This document shows positions 38,275 through 51,949 of a stretch of DNA of 64,000 nt, piece after piece. A program made the translations under genes and the position numbers. Position 1 is the first letter of the stretch. Each line of letters starts with the position of its first letter. The notes below the pieces were generated by a model that was not told the origin of the DNA, searched no databases, and was given only the letters and a program-made list of their open reading frames with translations. Origin of the DNA: Octopus vulgaris (Eukaryota); assembly GCA_951406725.2 (NCBI GenBank), contig OX597816.1:55986001-56050000 (forward strand), given 5' to 3'.

Positions 38275-38558
38275 CCACAAAGCGTCGTCACAGATCGTCG
38301 CCACAGAGCGACGCCACAAAGCGTCGCCACAAAGCGTCGTCACAGAGCGTCGCCACAAAGCGTAGCCACAAAACGTTGCCACAAAGCGTCCTCATAAAGC
38401 GTTGCAACAGAGCGTACCCACAACGCGTCGCCTAAGGAGCGTAGCCACATAGCGTCGCCACAAAGCGTCCTCATAAAGCGTTGCAACAGAGCGTCTCCAC
38501 AAAGCGTCCTTACACAGTGGCACTACAGAGCGTCGTCACAAAACGTCGCCACGAAGCA
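38275..38558. repeat. CpG-rich minisatellite, 13-bp unit CACAAAGCGTCGC, about 21 copies
   Basis: Units read directly: CACAAAGCGTCGT, CACAGATCGTCGC, CACAGAGCGACGC, CACAAAGCGTCGC and so on. Confidence 0.9.
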
Positions 38559-40082
38559 AGCAGTACTCTCTTACCATTTGAACACGTGGTTATACGGTTT
38601 ATGAAATTTGTTTGCTTGTTGGTAGAGGTTCTAAAATCTGCCTTGGAACTTGAAAACAGAAACGTTGCTTGATTTCGTATTAAATCAATTATTTGCATTA
38701 TATACATACCTTAACTAATGTGTAATTAAACATCCACACGCGCACACACGCATACGTATATAGATGTATGTGTGTACATGCGTGCGTGTATGTGTGCATG
38801 TGTATGCGTGTGTGTGCGTGTGGTTGTGTGTGTGTGAATATGTGTGTATGTACAGATGTACATATACGTTTATTTGTGTGTTTTTCTGTTGCTCTGGTCG
38901 TCTGAGCAATTGTGTGCGTGTTACCATGTACTTCTGGTTAATTGCATGCTTGCAGTGCAACACAGAGGAAATTGAAACGTCATGGCAAACCAGCTTTTGA
39001 ACACAGGCAGGACGCCTGACTGGATTTACTCTGCGTGATTGTCGTCACATATCCGTGTAGGTGTTTTCTGCTGGACCAGATGAGATGTTAGGGATGTTTG
39101 CATGCAGCATAACAATGCTGAAGAGAAGTGGGTTCGCTAGAGCCAACTAGAGCTTTTTTTAACGGTCACACAAACTTCCTCCTTTTGTCTCAAGTAATCT
39201 GTTCGTTACTTCGTCGTGTAGTGGGAAATTAATGTGTGTATGTATGAATGTGTGTTTGTGTATGAGTGTATGTGTATATGTTTGCGTGCGTATTTTTATG
39301 TGTTTATGTGTGTATATTTCTGTACGTGTGTATTGCAGTTTTTCCGAAAACTATACAAAAAGCAAGTTTAAATCAAATCTGTCGAGTGTTAAGTTCAGGA
39401 TTGGTTGGGTTAAAAAAAGTAGAGGTCTGAAAAACAGGCAAGCAAGGAGTTGTATGTAAATCTGGCTTAGATAGAACACATCGATCTACAGTAAAAAAAA
39501 ATAGAACAAAAATGAAATGTCTTAACAATCAACTCAAAGAGTTATCGCTAATTTTGGAGGCTCAGATGGGAATGAGAACTTTCTCTTAAAATTTCCATGC
39601 GATCTCTGCAGAAATGATTGACAAGATAATATTGTAGGCGATTCTATTATTGTTCAGATGGTGGATATGGTTAGCTAGGGACGTAGGCGTTCTGTATCTT
39701 GCAGATTTAATCGAGTTCGGTTGTCATAAAAATTGTCTTCTAAAGTTATCTCATTAACATATATACATTTTAGTGGAGTTCTGCTTCGAGATCAACTATT
39801 CCAAAACTGAATTATTTCATGTTCCCTCGACGTTTTAAAATTCTTGTGACGTCAACATCATAGAATTCTCACTGGTAAGAATAAAGTTTCTCAAATCGAT
39901 AGAAAACTTCTAAAGATCCATTTGGAAGAGCGTTAAAATTCCTGTCATATCCACAGGAGAGATGGGTTCGGATTCCACGGGTAGTCTTTGTTTTTTTTGG
40001 CAAACCAATGTGTTTTGAATACAATATTCATATAGTTTTATTTATCGCCTTTCTGCTTCAAGATCCATTGTTCCAAGAATAG

Positions 40083-40148
<66 letters not shown>

Positions 40149-40182
40149 GGGGAGAGAGGGAGAGAGAGAGAGAGAGAGAGAG

Positions 40183-40238
<56 letters not shown>

Positions 40239-40244
<6 letters not shown>

Positions 40245-40983
40245 GTTTACGAGACAGAACCACCCTCAAGTAACTCAATCATCATTGAACGACATTATCC
40301 ACGATAGGTACATATAGGACTAAATATTTAAAAATTATCAAAATTGATACCTACAATTCTTATTCTAAATCATATACATTATATTATATAGACTTCGCGC
40401 GTTTCATGACAATATATTCCAAGATATTGTTGAAATAGGTCTCGAAGTACAATACCATATTAAAACGATTACATTGCCAATCTTCAGGTCTACATTATAT
40501 GAACTTATTTTCCCATTTACAACCTATATAAAGGCATGACAAACTAAAATTACATCATGTTTAATTCGCGGAGAGAAAATTGCCATACATTTATTTTTCT
40601 TAGCATTTCTTTTTCCTACTTTTATTTACTAAAGTAAAATTATTCCGACAACTTCTAGTTATAAAATTTTCCTTTGTCATGTCTTTATATAGGATGTAAA
40701 TAGCAAAATAAGTTCATATGATCTAGACCTGAAGATTGGCAATATAATCGTTTTAATATGGTATTGTATTTGGAGACCTTCTATTACAGTAATAAAGAGA
40801 AATATGTTGTCATGAAACGCGCATAGTCTATATAATGCAATATATATGATTTAGAATAAGAATTGTAGGTAGTAATTTTGATAATTTTTTTTATATATTT
40901 AGTCAAATATGTATCTATCGTGGATAATGTCGTTCATTGATGATTGAGTTGCTTGAGGGTGATTCTGTCTCTTAAACCTATCT
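40239..40983. mobile_element. Fold-back element with about 305-bp diverged inverted arms
   Basis: AGATAGGTTTACGAGACAGAACCACCCTCAAGTAACTCAATCATCA... (40239-40543) is the reverse complement of 40673-40983 (...TGATGATTGAGTTGCTTGAGGGTGATTCTGTCTCTTAAACCTATCT). Confidence 0.88.
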
Positions 40984-41094
40984 ATATATATGTATATAAT
41001 ACAGTGAGTAATTCATTTTAGTACCACTAAATTGAACATCTCTTCCCTGTGGACTCGGAAATAACTTCCCTAATATTAATATTAATTACTATAT

Positions 41095-41175
<81 letters not shown>

Positions 41176-41178
41176 TAT

Positions 41179-41232
<54 letters not shown>

Positions 41233-41682
41233 GTATATATATATATAAAGAGAGAGATAATTCTATATAATTACCCCATGGAAAGATCACCGATAATTAT
41301 AAATCAGAAAATATTACAAATACTGATTAGATGAGCATTTGTAATTAGAGTGAAGACTCAATTAGAATTAAGCCTGCCAGTTCGAAATTGCAAATTTCCG
41401 ATATGGTAGCTTCTCATGAAGATGAACGTAGGTCAGCACAAGATAAGAAAAGTAGGTCCTTCATGTGTCACAGAGAATGACACGATATGATATACACAGG
41501 CATCTAGATATATACTAACACCGAAATGCGTTGAATAAATTGCGTCTACTCCAAATACACGGAATTTCCATTAGGCCAAGTGTCATATCTCTTCACATCT
41601 CTATTCGTTCTCTCCAATCAACAACGTAAAATTTCACTTCATGCTAACTTTGCCCATCAACTGTCAAAGGTATCGAGTGTAA

Positions 41683-41737
<55 letters not shown>

Positions 41738-41836
41738 TAATCCAAACATGAAAACACAAAGAGAAAACACAATAATGCGAGGACGTGGAACAAATATAGT
41801 ATTATTGGACACTCAGGAAGGAATGGAAGAAGGAGG

Positions 41837-41872
41837 GTTTTTACGTTTCGAGCGGAGCTCTTCGTCAGAAAC
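41837..41872 (-). ncRNA. Minimal type-I hammerhead ribozyme motif within a TA-flanked repeat (41736-41946)
   Basis: Reverse complement GTTT-CTGACGA-A-GAGC-TCC-GCTC-GAAACGTA-AAAAC has CUGANGA and GAAA cores, a 4-bp stem II, a palindromic ACGT stem III and a GUA triplet. Confidence 0.6.
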
Positions 41873-41946
41873 ATAGGAAAAGGAAAGATCCAGAGAAGGG
41901 AAGACGGAGGAAATAAAAATCGCCAACGGTACACACGCGGTCACAT

Positions 41947-42053
<107 letters not shown>

Positions 42054-42849
42054 TGACAACAAAAGAATGAATGAGACCTCGATATTATGTAAAGTAGAGG
42101 AGAGGAATTTATCTATAAATATATGTGAGAATTAGCTGGTTGTGCGTATAAACTACGTTTTGTATATCCGTGTATGTATGTGTGTGCGCGTGTAGAGATG
42201 TATATATGAGCGTAGTGATGCGTGCATGGGTATATATGCGTGTATATGTGCGTGTATGTTTAGACATATATTTATATATGTGTATCTGTATGTATATGTA
42301 CATGCGTGTGAGTATGTGTGTATATATATATATATATACATTCATTTGTGTGTGTGCGTGCGTACATGTATATGTGTATGTATATGTGTTTTTATGCGGT
42401 TTCTATGAATGAAGTATTAATTTCCCTTTATTCAATGCTTTCTTTTTCATGGCGTTTGTCTTAATAAATGATGAGATGCCGGAACAGACTACAGCCCCGG
42501 AATCCGAAACTCTGAGTTTTATTATGACAACCAACTAAATGTCACATATTATGTGTGTGTATGTGTGTTTGTGTGTATGTGTGTTCGTGTGTGTGTTCGT
42601 GTGTGTGTGTGTAAGATCCTGAGATCGAGGTGTAGGAGAAAAGTTAACTTCAAGCAATCCGTAAACAACTTTCAGGGACAATAATGGTTTATTGAGACGG
42701 AACGTTGCGAATACTTTTCGTAGCGAAGTACGATAATCTGAAAAAAAGTTTTCTAAATTTCACGGAAGGTGACCAGGGTTATATATGTATATGTATATAC
42801 ATGTGTTTGTGTATGTCTTTATGTATGTATATGTATGTATGTATGTATG

Positions 42850-42883
<34 letters not shown>

Positions 42884-42896
42884 TGTATGTATGCAT

Positions 42897-43450
42897 GTCA
42901 GGTCACTTTTGAGTGCTACTGGTAACATGTAACCCAGTACAACCTATTGCATGGTCGGGTCGTTTGCGACTAAACCGGCAACCCCACCAAGCTTGCTTGG
43001 TGAAGAGGGTGTTTATTGGACACCCTGCGGGATGAAAAACAAAACCTGTCAAAGGGTGGAGGAACTCTTGAGAATCAACGGCTATCCAATAAATGTCTTA
43101 CGGCTCGATCATGCGCGGGGACATAGAAATAATCGGATTGAATACCCCATCGCGCGGTTAAACCATTGGGAGTGAAGGACTCTTAGCCTTTGTTAGGGCA
43201 TCCTTCTAGGAGAAGGTAACTCAGGTAACTAGGATAACTCCGATATAAAACTGCGGCTCAGTGGTTACCGATGATGTTGACTTGTTCTCCTTTTCGGATT
43301 ATGGCAGCTGTTGCTTAGTGAGTGGGATTGACTCAGTGCACAGCCTTTCCCCACTTAAAAAAAAATCTTCTTGCACAGGCATTGCACGATAACAACATTG
43401 ATTAAGCTTTGTGCAATGGCCATAATCGATAACGAGGGGGCAGCCACCAT
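42897..43450 (+). mobile_element. GC-richer interspersed repeat (SINE/RTE-like) inserted in a (TATG)n array
   Basis: Sharp composition change, with TATGCATG/(TATG)n on both sides; no ORF. Confidence 0.55.
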
Positions 43451-43856
43451 GTATGCATGTATGTATGCATGTATGTATGTATATATTTGTACATGTTATC
43501 AGACCATGATTAGTTAAGCAATCTCCGCAATGGATTGATCTTGTTTAATTGTAATCCAAATTGCTTTGCAAATGTATCAGTGAGATGATGTCATAAACGT
43601 TGGGTGAAACAAACCTCAATGAGAACACATCATGAAATATTCACGTTAATAACAATGGTAGCTATCTGTGTACAAAAACGAACAAAGATAGAGAGAGACA
43701 GAGAGAGAGACAGAGAGAGACATAGATAGACATGCAGGCAGACAGAGAGACATATAGACAGATAGATATATAGATAGATAGACAGACATACAGATGTTTA
43801 CGGATTGCTTGAAGACAGATAGATAAATATATAACTATATATATATATATGTATAT

Positions 43857-43888
<32 letters not shown>

Positions 43889-44779
43889 AGGAGTATATGT
43901 GTGTGTGTATCTATATGTATATATACATATATATACATATGTATTCTTTATATGTTGTATTTCTGTAGCATATATTGCTATATATATATATATATATATT
44001 CATAGCAGTACATGAGTTGTTCTTTTAAACACCTCCTTCATTTGGTTTCATGTTTGTTATTTTACATATTCTGTTATTCTCTATCTGTTTGATCAACGAT
44101 CTGCACGGAGTAATGTTTCGCAGTTGTAAAGTATTTACGGTGCATTATGGGAATTTTGAAACACGTTTTATCGTTATTGAAATCTCATAATTTATCGGAA
44201 GTATGAAATGAATGTGTCATATATTCACACATCTGAGCGGTTTTCTTATTATATCGTAGCTGCTGTTTTATCGAAGGTTTTGAAACGTACTAAATTCGTT
44301 TATTCATCTCTACCACCATATATGCGCTTGTGTGTGTGCATATGTGTGTGCGTGTGTGCGAGTGTATGTGTGTGCGTCAGAGAGAGATAGAGAGTGAGTG
44401 AGTGAATGAGATAGTTAGGTAGGGAGGGATATTGGACAGACAGACGAGCGGATGGGTGACAAAATAGATAAATATGTTCATTTATATCTTCTTGCGTATG
44501 ATTCATACCCTATTCACAAATATTGTTGAGTATAAATTATTTCATAGGAAGGTGCACTTGCCAGAGAAGCGACTTGATCTGCGACTTCTGTTGAAGCTAA
44601 AACAATAACAGAGTGTAAGAGATATCTTCCACTGGGCGGAATCACATCAGTGACCAGGATGCAGTTGATGCGACAAAAGAAATACTAGCATTGTTTATGT
44701 GAAGGTATCAGTCTTGGTGTGTTTTTCAGTGTCTAATATGCCTCTTCCATTATTTTATGCTCTAATTATTTTTTGAGAA

Positions 44780-45196
44780 AGCCACTGGTCCAGCTGGAAT
44801 CACAGTTGAGATGAAGTACTGAAAAACGTCCTCAAGGCGCTGAACCTTTCGGGCGAGATGACAAAGGACCGAGATGCCTGGCGACTTGCCGTACTCAAGA
44901 AGATGCGTACTCCGCAGCAGAAAGGTTGAGACCGCTCCTTTTTGGTGGTGTAAAGCACTCGTAGCGGTTCCACGCGAAAGCGCTCGTGCGATGCCACGTG
45001 AAAGCGCTCGAGCGGTGCCAAGTAAAAGAACCCAGCAGATTATGTAAAGTGGTTGACTTTAGGAAGCGGCGCATACAGTCGTGGAAATCATGCCAATCAG
45101 GCTAGAGTCTGGTGCAGTTCCCCGGCTGCCAGCCCGGCTCGAACCATCCAGCCCTTGCTAGCATGAAAAAGGGATGTTTATTGACGACGACGACGC

Positions 45197-45250
<54 letters not shown>

Positions 45251-45255
45251 CGATG
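44780..45255 (+). mobile_element. RTE-like LINE 3' end with UTR and (GAT)n tail
   Basis: DEVLKNVLKALNLSGEMTKDRDAWRLAVLKK (the DR..WR C-terminal motif of RTE ORF2), followed by a (GAT)n tail at about 45195-45255. Confidence 0.7.
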
Positions 45256-47995
45256 AATAGTTAACGAATGGATCAGATAATAATTTTAACTCATTAGTGT
45301 TTATTGCTGCGAGAAGTTCAAGCTCAGAAATTAGGAGACAATTAAATCAGCTTCACACGATGGCTGTCTCTGTACATTGTCGATTTAGCGGGGATGAAAA
45401 GTAACAGAAACGACGACGGGGATTTGAACTCAGATTAATACATTAATATTTCAAGTTTTTCTGAGTTTTATGATAAATGCTTCTGCTTAAGTTAGTGTTG
45501 AATTCATAAAATAGAAAACCAAAATATTATTATATCATTATATTCGGCTCACGATCCTAAGATCGTAAAAATTCAATTCTCTGCGGTATGTTGTGTTGTT
45601 GGGCAAGAAACTTCATTTCACCTAACTCCAGCCCATTCAGCTCTGGCAAAAAGTAGTTTTACTTGTGATTCAAAGGGACCAGCCTTGTCATGTTCTCTGT
45701 CACGCTGAATCTCCTTGAGAAATCCGTTAGGGGTTAGCGTGCCTGTGGAGTACTCAGTCACTTGCACTTCAATTTCAAGAGCAGGGTCTTTTTTCTGTTG
45801 ATTGGATCAGCTGGAACAGTCGTCGTCGTAACCGACAGAGTGTTGCCCAAGTAGAGAAGGAAATTTCTGTCCATGTTGGTCAATCTCTCTTCTCTATAGA
45901 TACAAATGTACAGACGGTGAGAGATTTTGTTTCTTTCAACTTGAAGTATATTCCTTCAGCTCCTCTTTGGTGCCTGCTCTGTTTTGGTAAGATGGTAGTG
46001 TCTTAGTAAGGCATATATCACTAAACGGACAGGATAGAATAGGAATGTCGGTGCACTCTCATACAAGTATTTGTCATAATACCTCGACGTCTGCTGAATA
46101 TTACATTACTTTCAGTTTGTTTCCCTGTATAATTGATGATACATATTACGTTTTCAGTTGATGAAGTCGTTTTCGCTTAGCTATGGTTTATAACTTGATT
46201 AAGCAGACCTAAAACAAAGGAAAATATTCCAGCCAAGCCCATCCTGTTGGATGAAGATACTGGTCAGTCAAGGACTACATTGAATAATGAATCCATTTTA
46301 CGATCAGATTAGAGAGAAATTCAGCTGATATACCGACGACTCAATGAATGACGTCGAATCACAACTTGAGGACTCTGGAGCTTCTGGCTAATGACGATTG
46401 CTTGTTTTATTAACATTAGAAGAAATTAAGCTTCGTTTCACATCGGGGACTGTTTAGATATTAGAGGACATTAGGGATTATAGCATGCTTGACATTAGAA
46501 CATATTTGACATTAGAAAATGTTTGGCATTGTGCATCTAGAAGGTAGAAAACGTTTGAGATTGAAGGTTCTATATTGGAGTGATGTATAGCTAAATTTGG
46601 TATTAGAATGTTTGGGATTAAAGGAAACATAACAGAACTCTTGTTTAACGTCTGGACGCAGGTAAAAAGCACAAGAAGAGAAATGAGGGAAGTGAAGTAT
46701 CAAAACACTAACACACTATAAGCGGCTCTGTTGCACCATATTTGACTGATAGAGACTGATATCACAATCCACTATACATGCTTTGCTTTCTGGTGTTTAG
46801 CTATAGTGAAAAAGATAATATGATAGATTGCCATTCTGTCAGTTTGATTCGTCAAAGAGTCGTGTACGTTACCACCACCTGATGGTTATGGGGAACGATG
46901 TAGTGGGAGAGTAAGAATTTGATTTGAAGAGGGAAATACTACCCTCTTTCTAAGCAAGTACTCCTCGTCAAAATCCCCGAATTCCCTTTTGAAGATGAAT
47001 GTCAGGAGTAAATTCATTTATACTGTTTTGGAATAAATGGAGTTTAGGGATAGGTGAGAGCAGCAAGTATACATGTATCAATTTTCCACATGTAGCAACA
47101 AGCCGAATATAAAAAGACGCATTTTGCAATATAAAGCTCTTAGTTGGAACGACAGTACTTGTGTCATTTCTTGGTGTAGTTGATGACATTTTGACTTTAG
47201 CACCAGTGACGTTATTTATAATGTATATATACACATGACAGCGCAAAATATCATCAGATCAGGTTTTCACCGCTTTTAATGCTAAGACAGCCTACTTCTA
47301 CTCATATATCTACAGAGCGAAATTTGAGTGGAGCGTCATTTGAGCCACCGAATAATCTGAGGGAGAAGAAACAGAATACCAGTAATACTGAAGATCATTT
47401 TAATTGACTCTGCAATTCGCTACGAAAATAAAAACCTTAACATACTTTATTAGTTCATTACATATGTTTTAAAACTACTATGTATATTACTGTAATACAC
47501 ATAGCGCCCCCGTCCGTCTTCTGTGACTAAAGAGGAGATAACCACTCCAAAATGCTTGTATCTCACGGTCTGGATAGGTTGGCGCTGCGTGCTAATTTTA
47601 GGTATATTTACACCATTTGTCTACGGCGTGGAATTTTCTAAATACAAATCACAGGGAATGGCTTGTTTAAGAGTTTCAACGTGTCACAAGCATATTTGAA
47701 TTTGTAATTACATTGGATTTATACACATCACTGCTTAGCACTCCCACCTTGTAATATATATATATATATATATATTTAACACACCGATTTTTCGTTGCGA
47801 CTTGGAATATTTTCAAAGGTTGCAAGTCGCAACGAAAAGTTTAGCAAAAATAGATGAGTAAATGTGTGGAAATCGGTGAGTGAGTTAAATTAATAAGGCA
47901 CTAAAAGAGTATAACTCTCTCCAGACACAATAAAATATGCTTCAACACACAAACTCACATAAAGAATCTTGCAAACCAAATGCAAAAACGAAATG

Positions 47996-48062
<67 letters not shown>

Positions 48063-48126
48063 ATCTGTCTGTATCATTTACATAATATCGAGGTCTCTTT
48101 CATTGTTTTGTTGTCTTATCATTTCT

Positions 48127-48174
<48 letters not shown>

Positions 48175-50267
48175 GAACTGCAATATGAATCATACTTGAG
48201 ATATGTAAAGTTATCATGTGATCGGAGGTAACGTATTTCTTGCTACTCAGATAGTTTAAGATAAAATACTTAAATGTTTCACCATATTCCACACCTGAGA
48301 ATGATAATTTCCAGATTATATATTTCCTTTTTTTTATATTTTTATCAAGTATTGTTGAATGTTGATATTGTTTTTTTGTTGGTTGTTTTATTTTTCTCCA
48401 GCTATTGTGAAATCTCTATTTTCGTAAAGATAAACAGTACCGGATTTGTAAAAGTATTAATACAATATAAATTTCATTTTCAAGCTGAACAGGAATCAAA
48501 CAACAACTGTAAAACATATAAAAATATCGCAGTGGATCTATTTTTGGTTTTCGGTCATTAAATCTAACTTGGTGTGTAAATCGGATTAAATCTGTCATGG
48601 AAACATCTGCTCTGTGTATAATCTGTGAGAATAGTCTTGAACACCGAGTTAATATTGTCGTTAAATGTGAAATGTGTTTTTTTAATATAGAAAGCTGCTT
48701 CTCAGAAAGAAAGAATTGGGAAATGAATTTGGTCTGTAAAAGAGGTGTTCAAATTTTGTGTGAATACGCGTTATTTTTTAAATTATGTAAATCTGGAACA
48801 ACTAACAACCAGAGATGTCTGAATCGTCGTAATGTAGCTATTGAATAGAACTCCACTTATCAATAATGTTTCGACAATGAAATCAAGTGTGATACCACAG
48901 CACACGCTTACCGTGCAGGACTGGGTGAAATTGCTGTTGTGTCTGTAGAAATTAAGTTGAATGCATAGCGGTAGCACTGTAGGACAAGGAATTTAGGAGA
49001 GTGTTGTATGATACCTGAGACGAAGACCTCCTGCTACTCAAACTTACCTACAACGTCATGTAGAGGTCATGGTCTCTACAAGGGATGGTGTTCAAGTGGC
49101 CATGATTGTCTTCTTGTAGAAGTCTCCCAGTATGTGTGTATGCTAACAGTAGAGTACAGGAAAATGCAGTGGAGTAAGTATTTAATTAGGTCCCCTAAAA
49201 AACTAACTAAATGCTACTCTGTATTTTGTCCGGTTTTATACCGAGTTATAACAATATTAATCATTTTTTTCCATAAACAGGAAGATACATATTCAGAGAA
49301 TTTTACTCAATTAAGTTTTACTTAGGACGAGTGTGGTACTTTTATTCTCGCCCCCAGAAAATTGAACGAAAAGGTTAACCTCACCTGGATTTGAACGCAG
49401 AATGTTATAGGCTGTAACTACACACAGCAACACATTTTTCTGGAAGATCTGACGTTTCCAACTGTCCTCGGCCTTATAATAATGTTTTCTCAACAAAGTG
49501 CCAAAAGTTTTATGAATATGACTAATTGACTATGTCGACCTCAGTAGTTGACTGGTATTAGTTTTAAGCACCAAAGTGAATGAAATGTAAAAATGACTTC
49601 GGTTTAGGTTGAACTCAGAACGTAAAATTCCATAACCGAATACGTTCTATTTACAAGACAACAGCATGTCTGCTTGTAAGGCTGACATAGCTATAAAAAT
49701 CAATTAGTGATCGACACAGCTTTAAGTTTAGAAAGAGACAGACAGGTCTGCTCATGGCATTTATTGATTAGATCAGGTCATGGCAGAGTTGTGAGGCCGC
49801 CGTGGATTCTGGAGATATTAGACACGATTATAGTATCAGTAAAAATAAACAGCAGTAGCGACATCAAACATGTCATGAGCAAATAGGAAGAAATGTCCTT
49901 TGCTGCCTCGCATTAACATCTTTAACCTACAAGCTGAACGAAAACTGGATTCGAATACGAGTGCTATAGAATGGTAATTCAACCATTTTCCTCCTATATA
50001 TGGAAGAGCATTTGTATGCTGCAGATGACAAGTAATAATAGCAACAACAGCAATAAGACTATCACCTATAAAATACGTGTTCGCTAGGGATATAGGCAGG
50101 AAATTCGGATTTTCAAAAATGAGAAGGGAGAAATTTATATAAAAAGAAGAAAGTGCAAACTCATGTTAAGATAATGAAACAGAGATAAGAGAGATACGAG
50201 ATTTACATCAAAAACAGACGTAGACATACTTAGGAATAAAATAATGGTTTCGACAGACTATAACACA

Positions 50268-50349
<82 letters not shown>

Positions 50350-50794
50350 CACAAATAATAGAAAAGTTTGGGAAAGAATACTACAGCGACATTATACGAT
50401 AAATATTTGAACAACAGCAGCAGTCACCAATACACAAGCTGTTGGAGTAATTAACTTTAGTTTTGTTCTCAACTGGAATAAAATTGATTTAAATTAATTT
50501 ATTGCTGGTTCAGATGGAAAATACTAAAATTACGAAAGGAAGCAACAATAATAATAACAGTTTCAAATTCAGGCGCATTACCAGTAATACGCGCGGGGTA
50601 GGAGTCGATTAGATTGACATCAGTAGTTGACTAGTACTTTATTGTATTGATTTTGAACGGAAGAATCGCAAAACGGACCACGGTCGTATTTCAACTCAGA
50701 ACATAATGATTCTGACGAAGTGCTACGAAGTATTTTATTCCAACGTGTTAACGGTTTTTACCAGCTCACTACCACCACCACCTCATAATAATAA

Positions 50795-51400
<606 letters not shown>

Positions 51401-51817
51401 AATATCTCAGCGAAAGAGTTTGACAAGCTCAGAAAATATAAAGACCTACTCATTGAAATTGAGAAAATGTGGCATCTCAAGGCGGTTACAATACCAGTGA
51501 TCGTAGGAGCACTAGGAATGATCAAGAAGGGAACCGAAAATTATATGAGAATGATCCCTGGCTTACCATCCCTGCATGAAGTGCAAAAGATTGTCTTAAC
51601 TGATACATCACACGTATTGAGAAGAGCATTGTCGATGTGAGAACTGTTGCTGCTCATGTATTTTAATTTAACTTAAAAAAAGAAAATTTAAAAAATGAAC
51701 GAACTATTGAGTTTGGTTTAATGGCCTACCAATGTATACTATGAGTTTCTTTGCCCTAGGAGTCGGGAAGACACTCGGCAAGAAATGGAAGCAAATTTGA
51801 AAGAAGAAAAAAAAAGT

Positions 51818-51820
<3 letters not shown>
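51401..51820 (+). mobile_element. 5'-truncated Dong/R4-like (RLE) LINE within (TAA)n
   Basis: 51401-51640 reads NISAKEFDKLRKYKDLLIEIEKMWHLKAVTIPVIVGALGMIKK...VQKIVLTDTSHVLRRALSM*, then a UTR and (TAA)n/(CAA)n. Confidence 0.88.
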
Positions 51821-51864
<44 letters not shown>

Positions 51865-51883
51865 CAACAACAATAACAACAAC

Positions 51884-51949
<66 letters not shown>

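Noticed and set aside
38275-38558. CRISPR-like array
   Set aside because: Contiguous degenerate units with no spacers and no cas genes, in eukaryotic DNA.
46450-46625. Weak periodicity of (T)TTGACATTAGA-like words
   Set aside because: Too degenerate to define a unit by eye.
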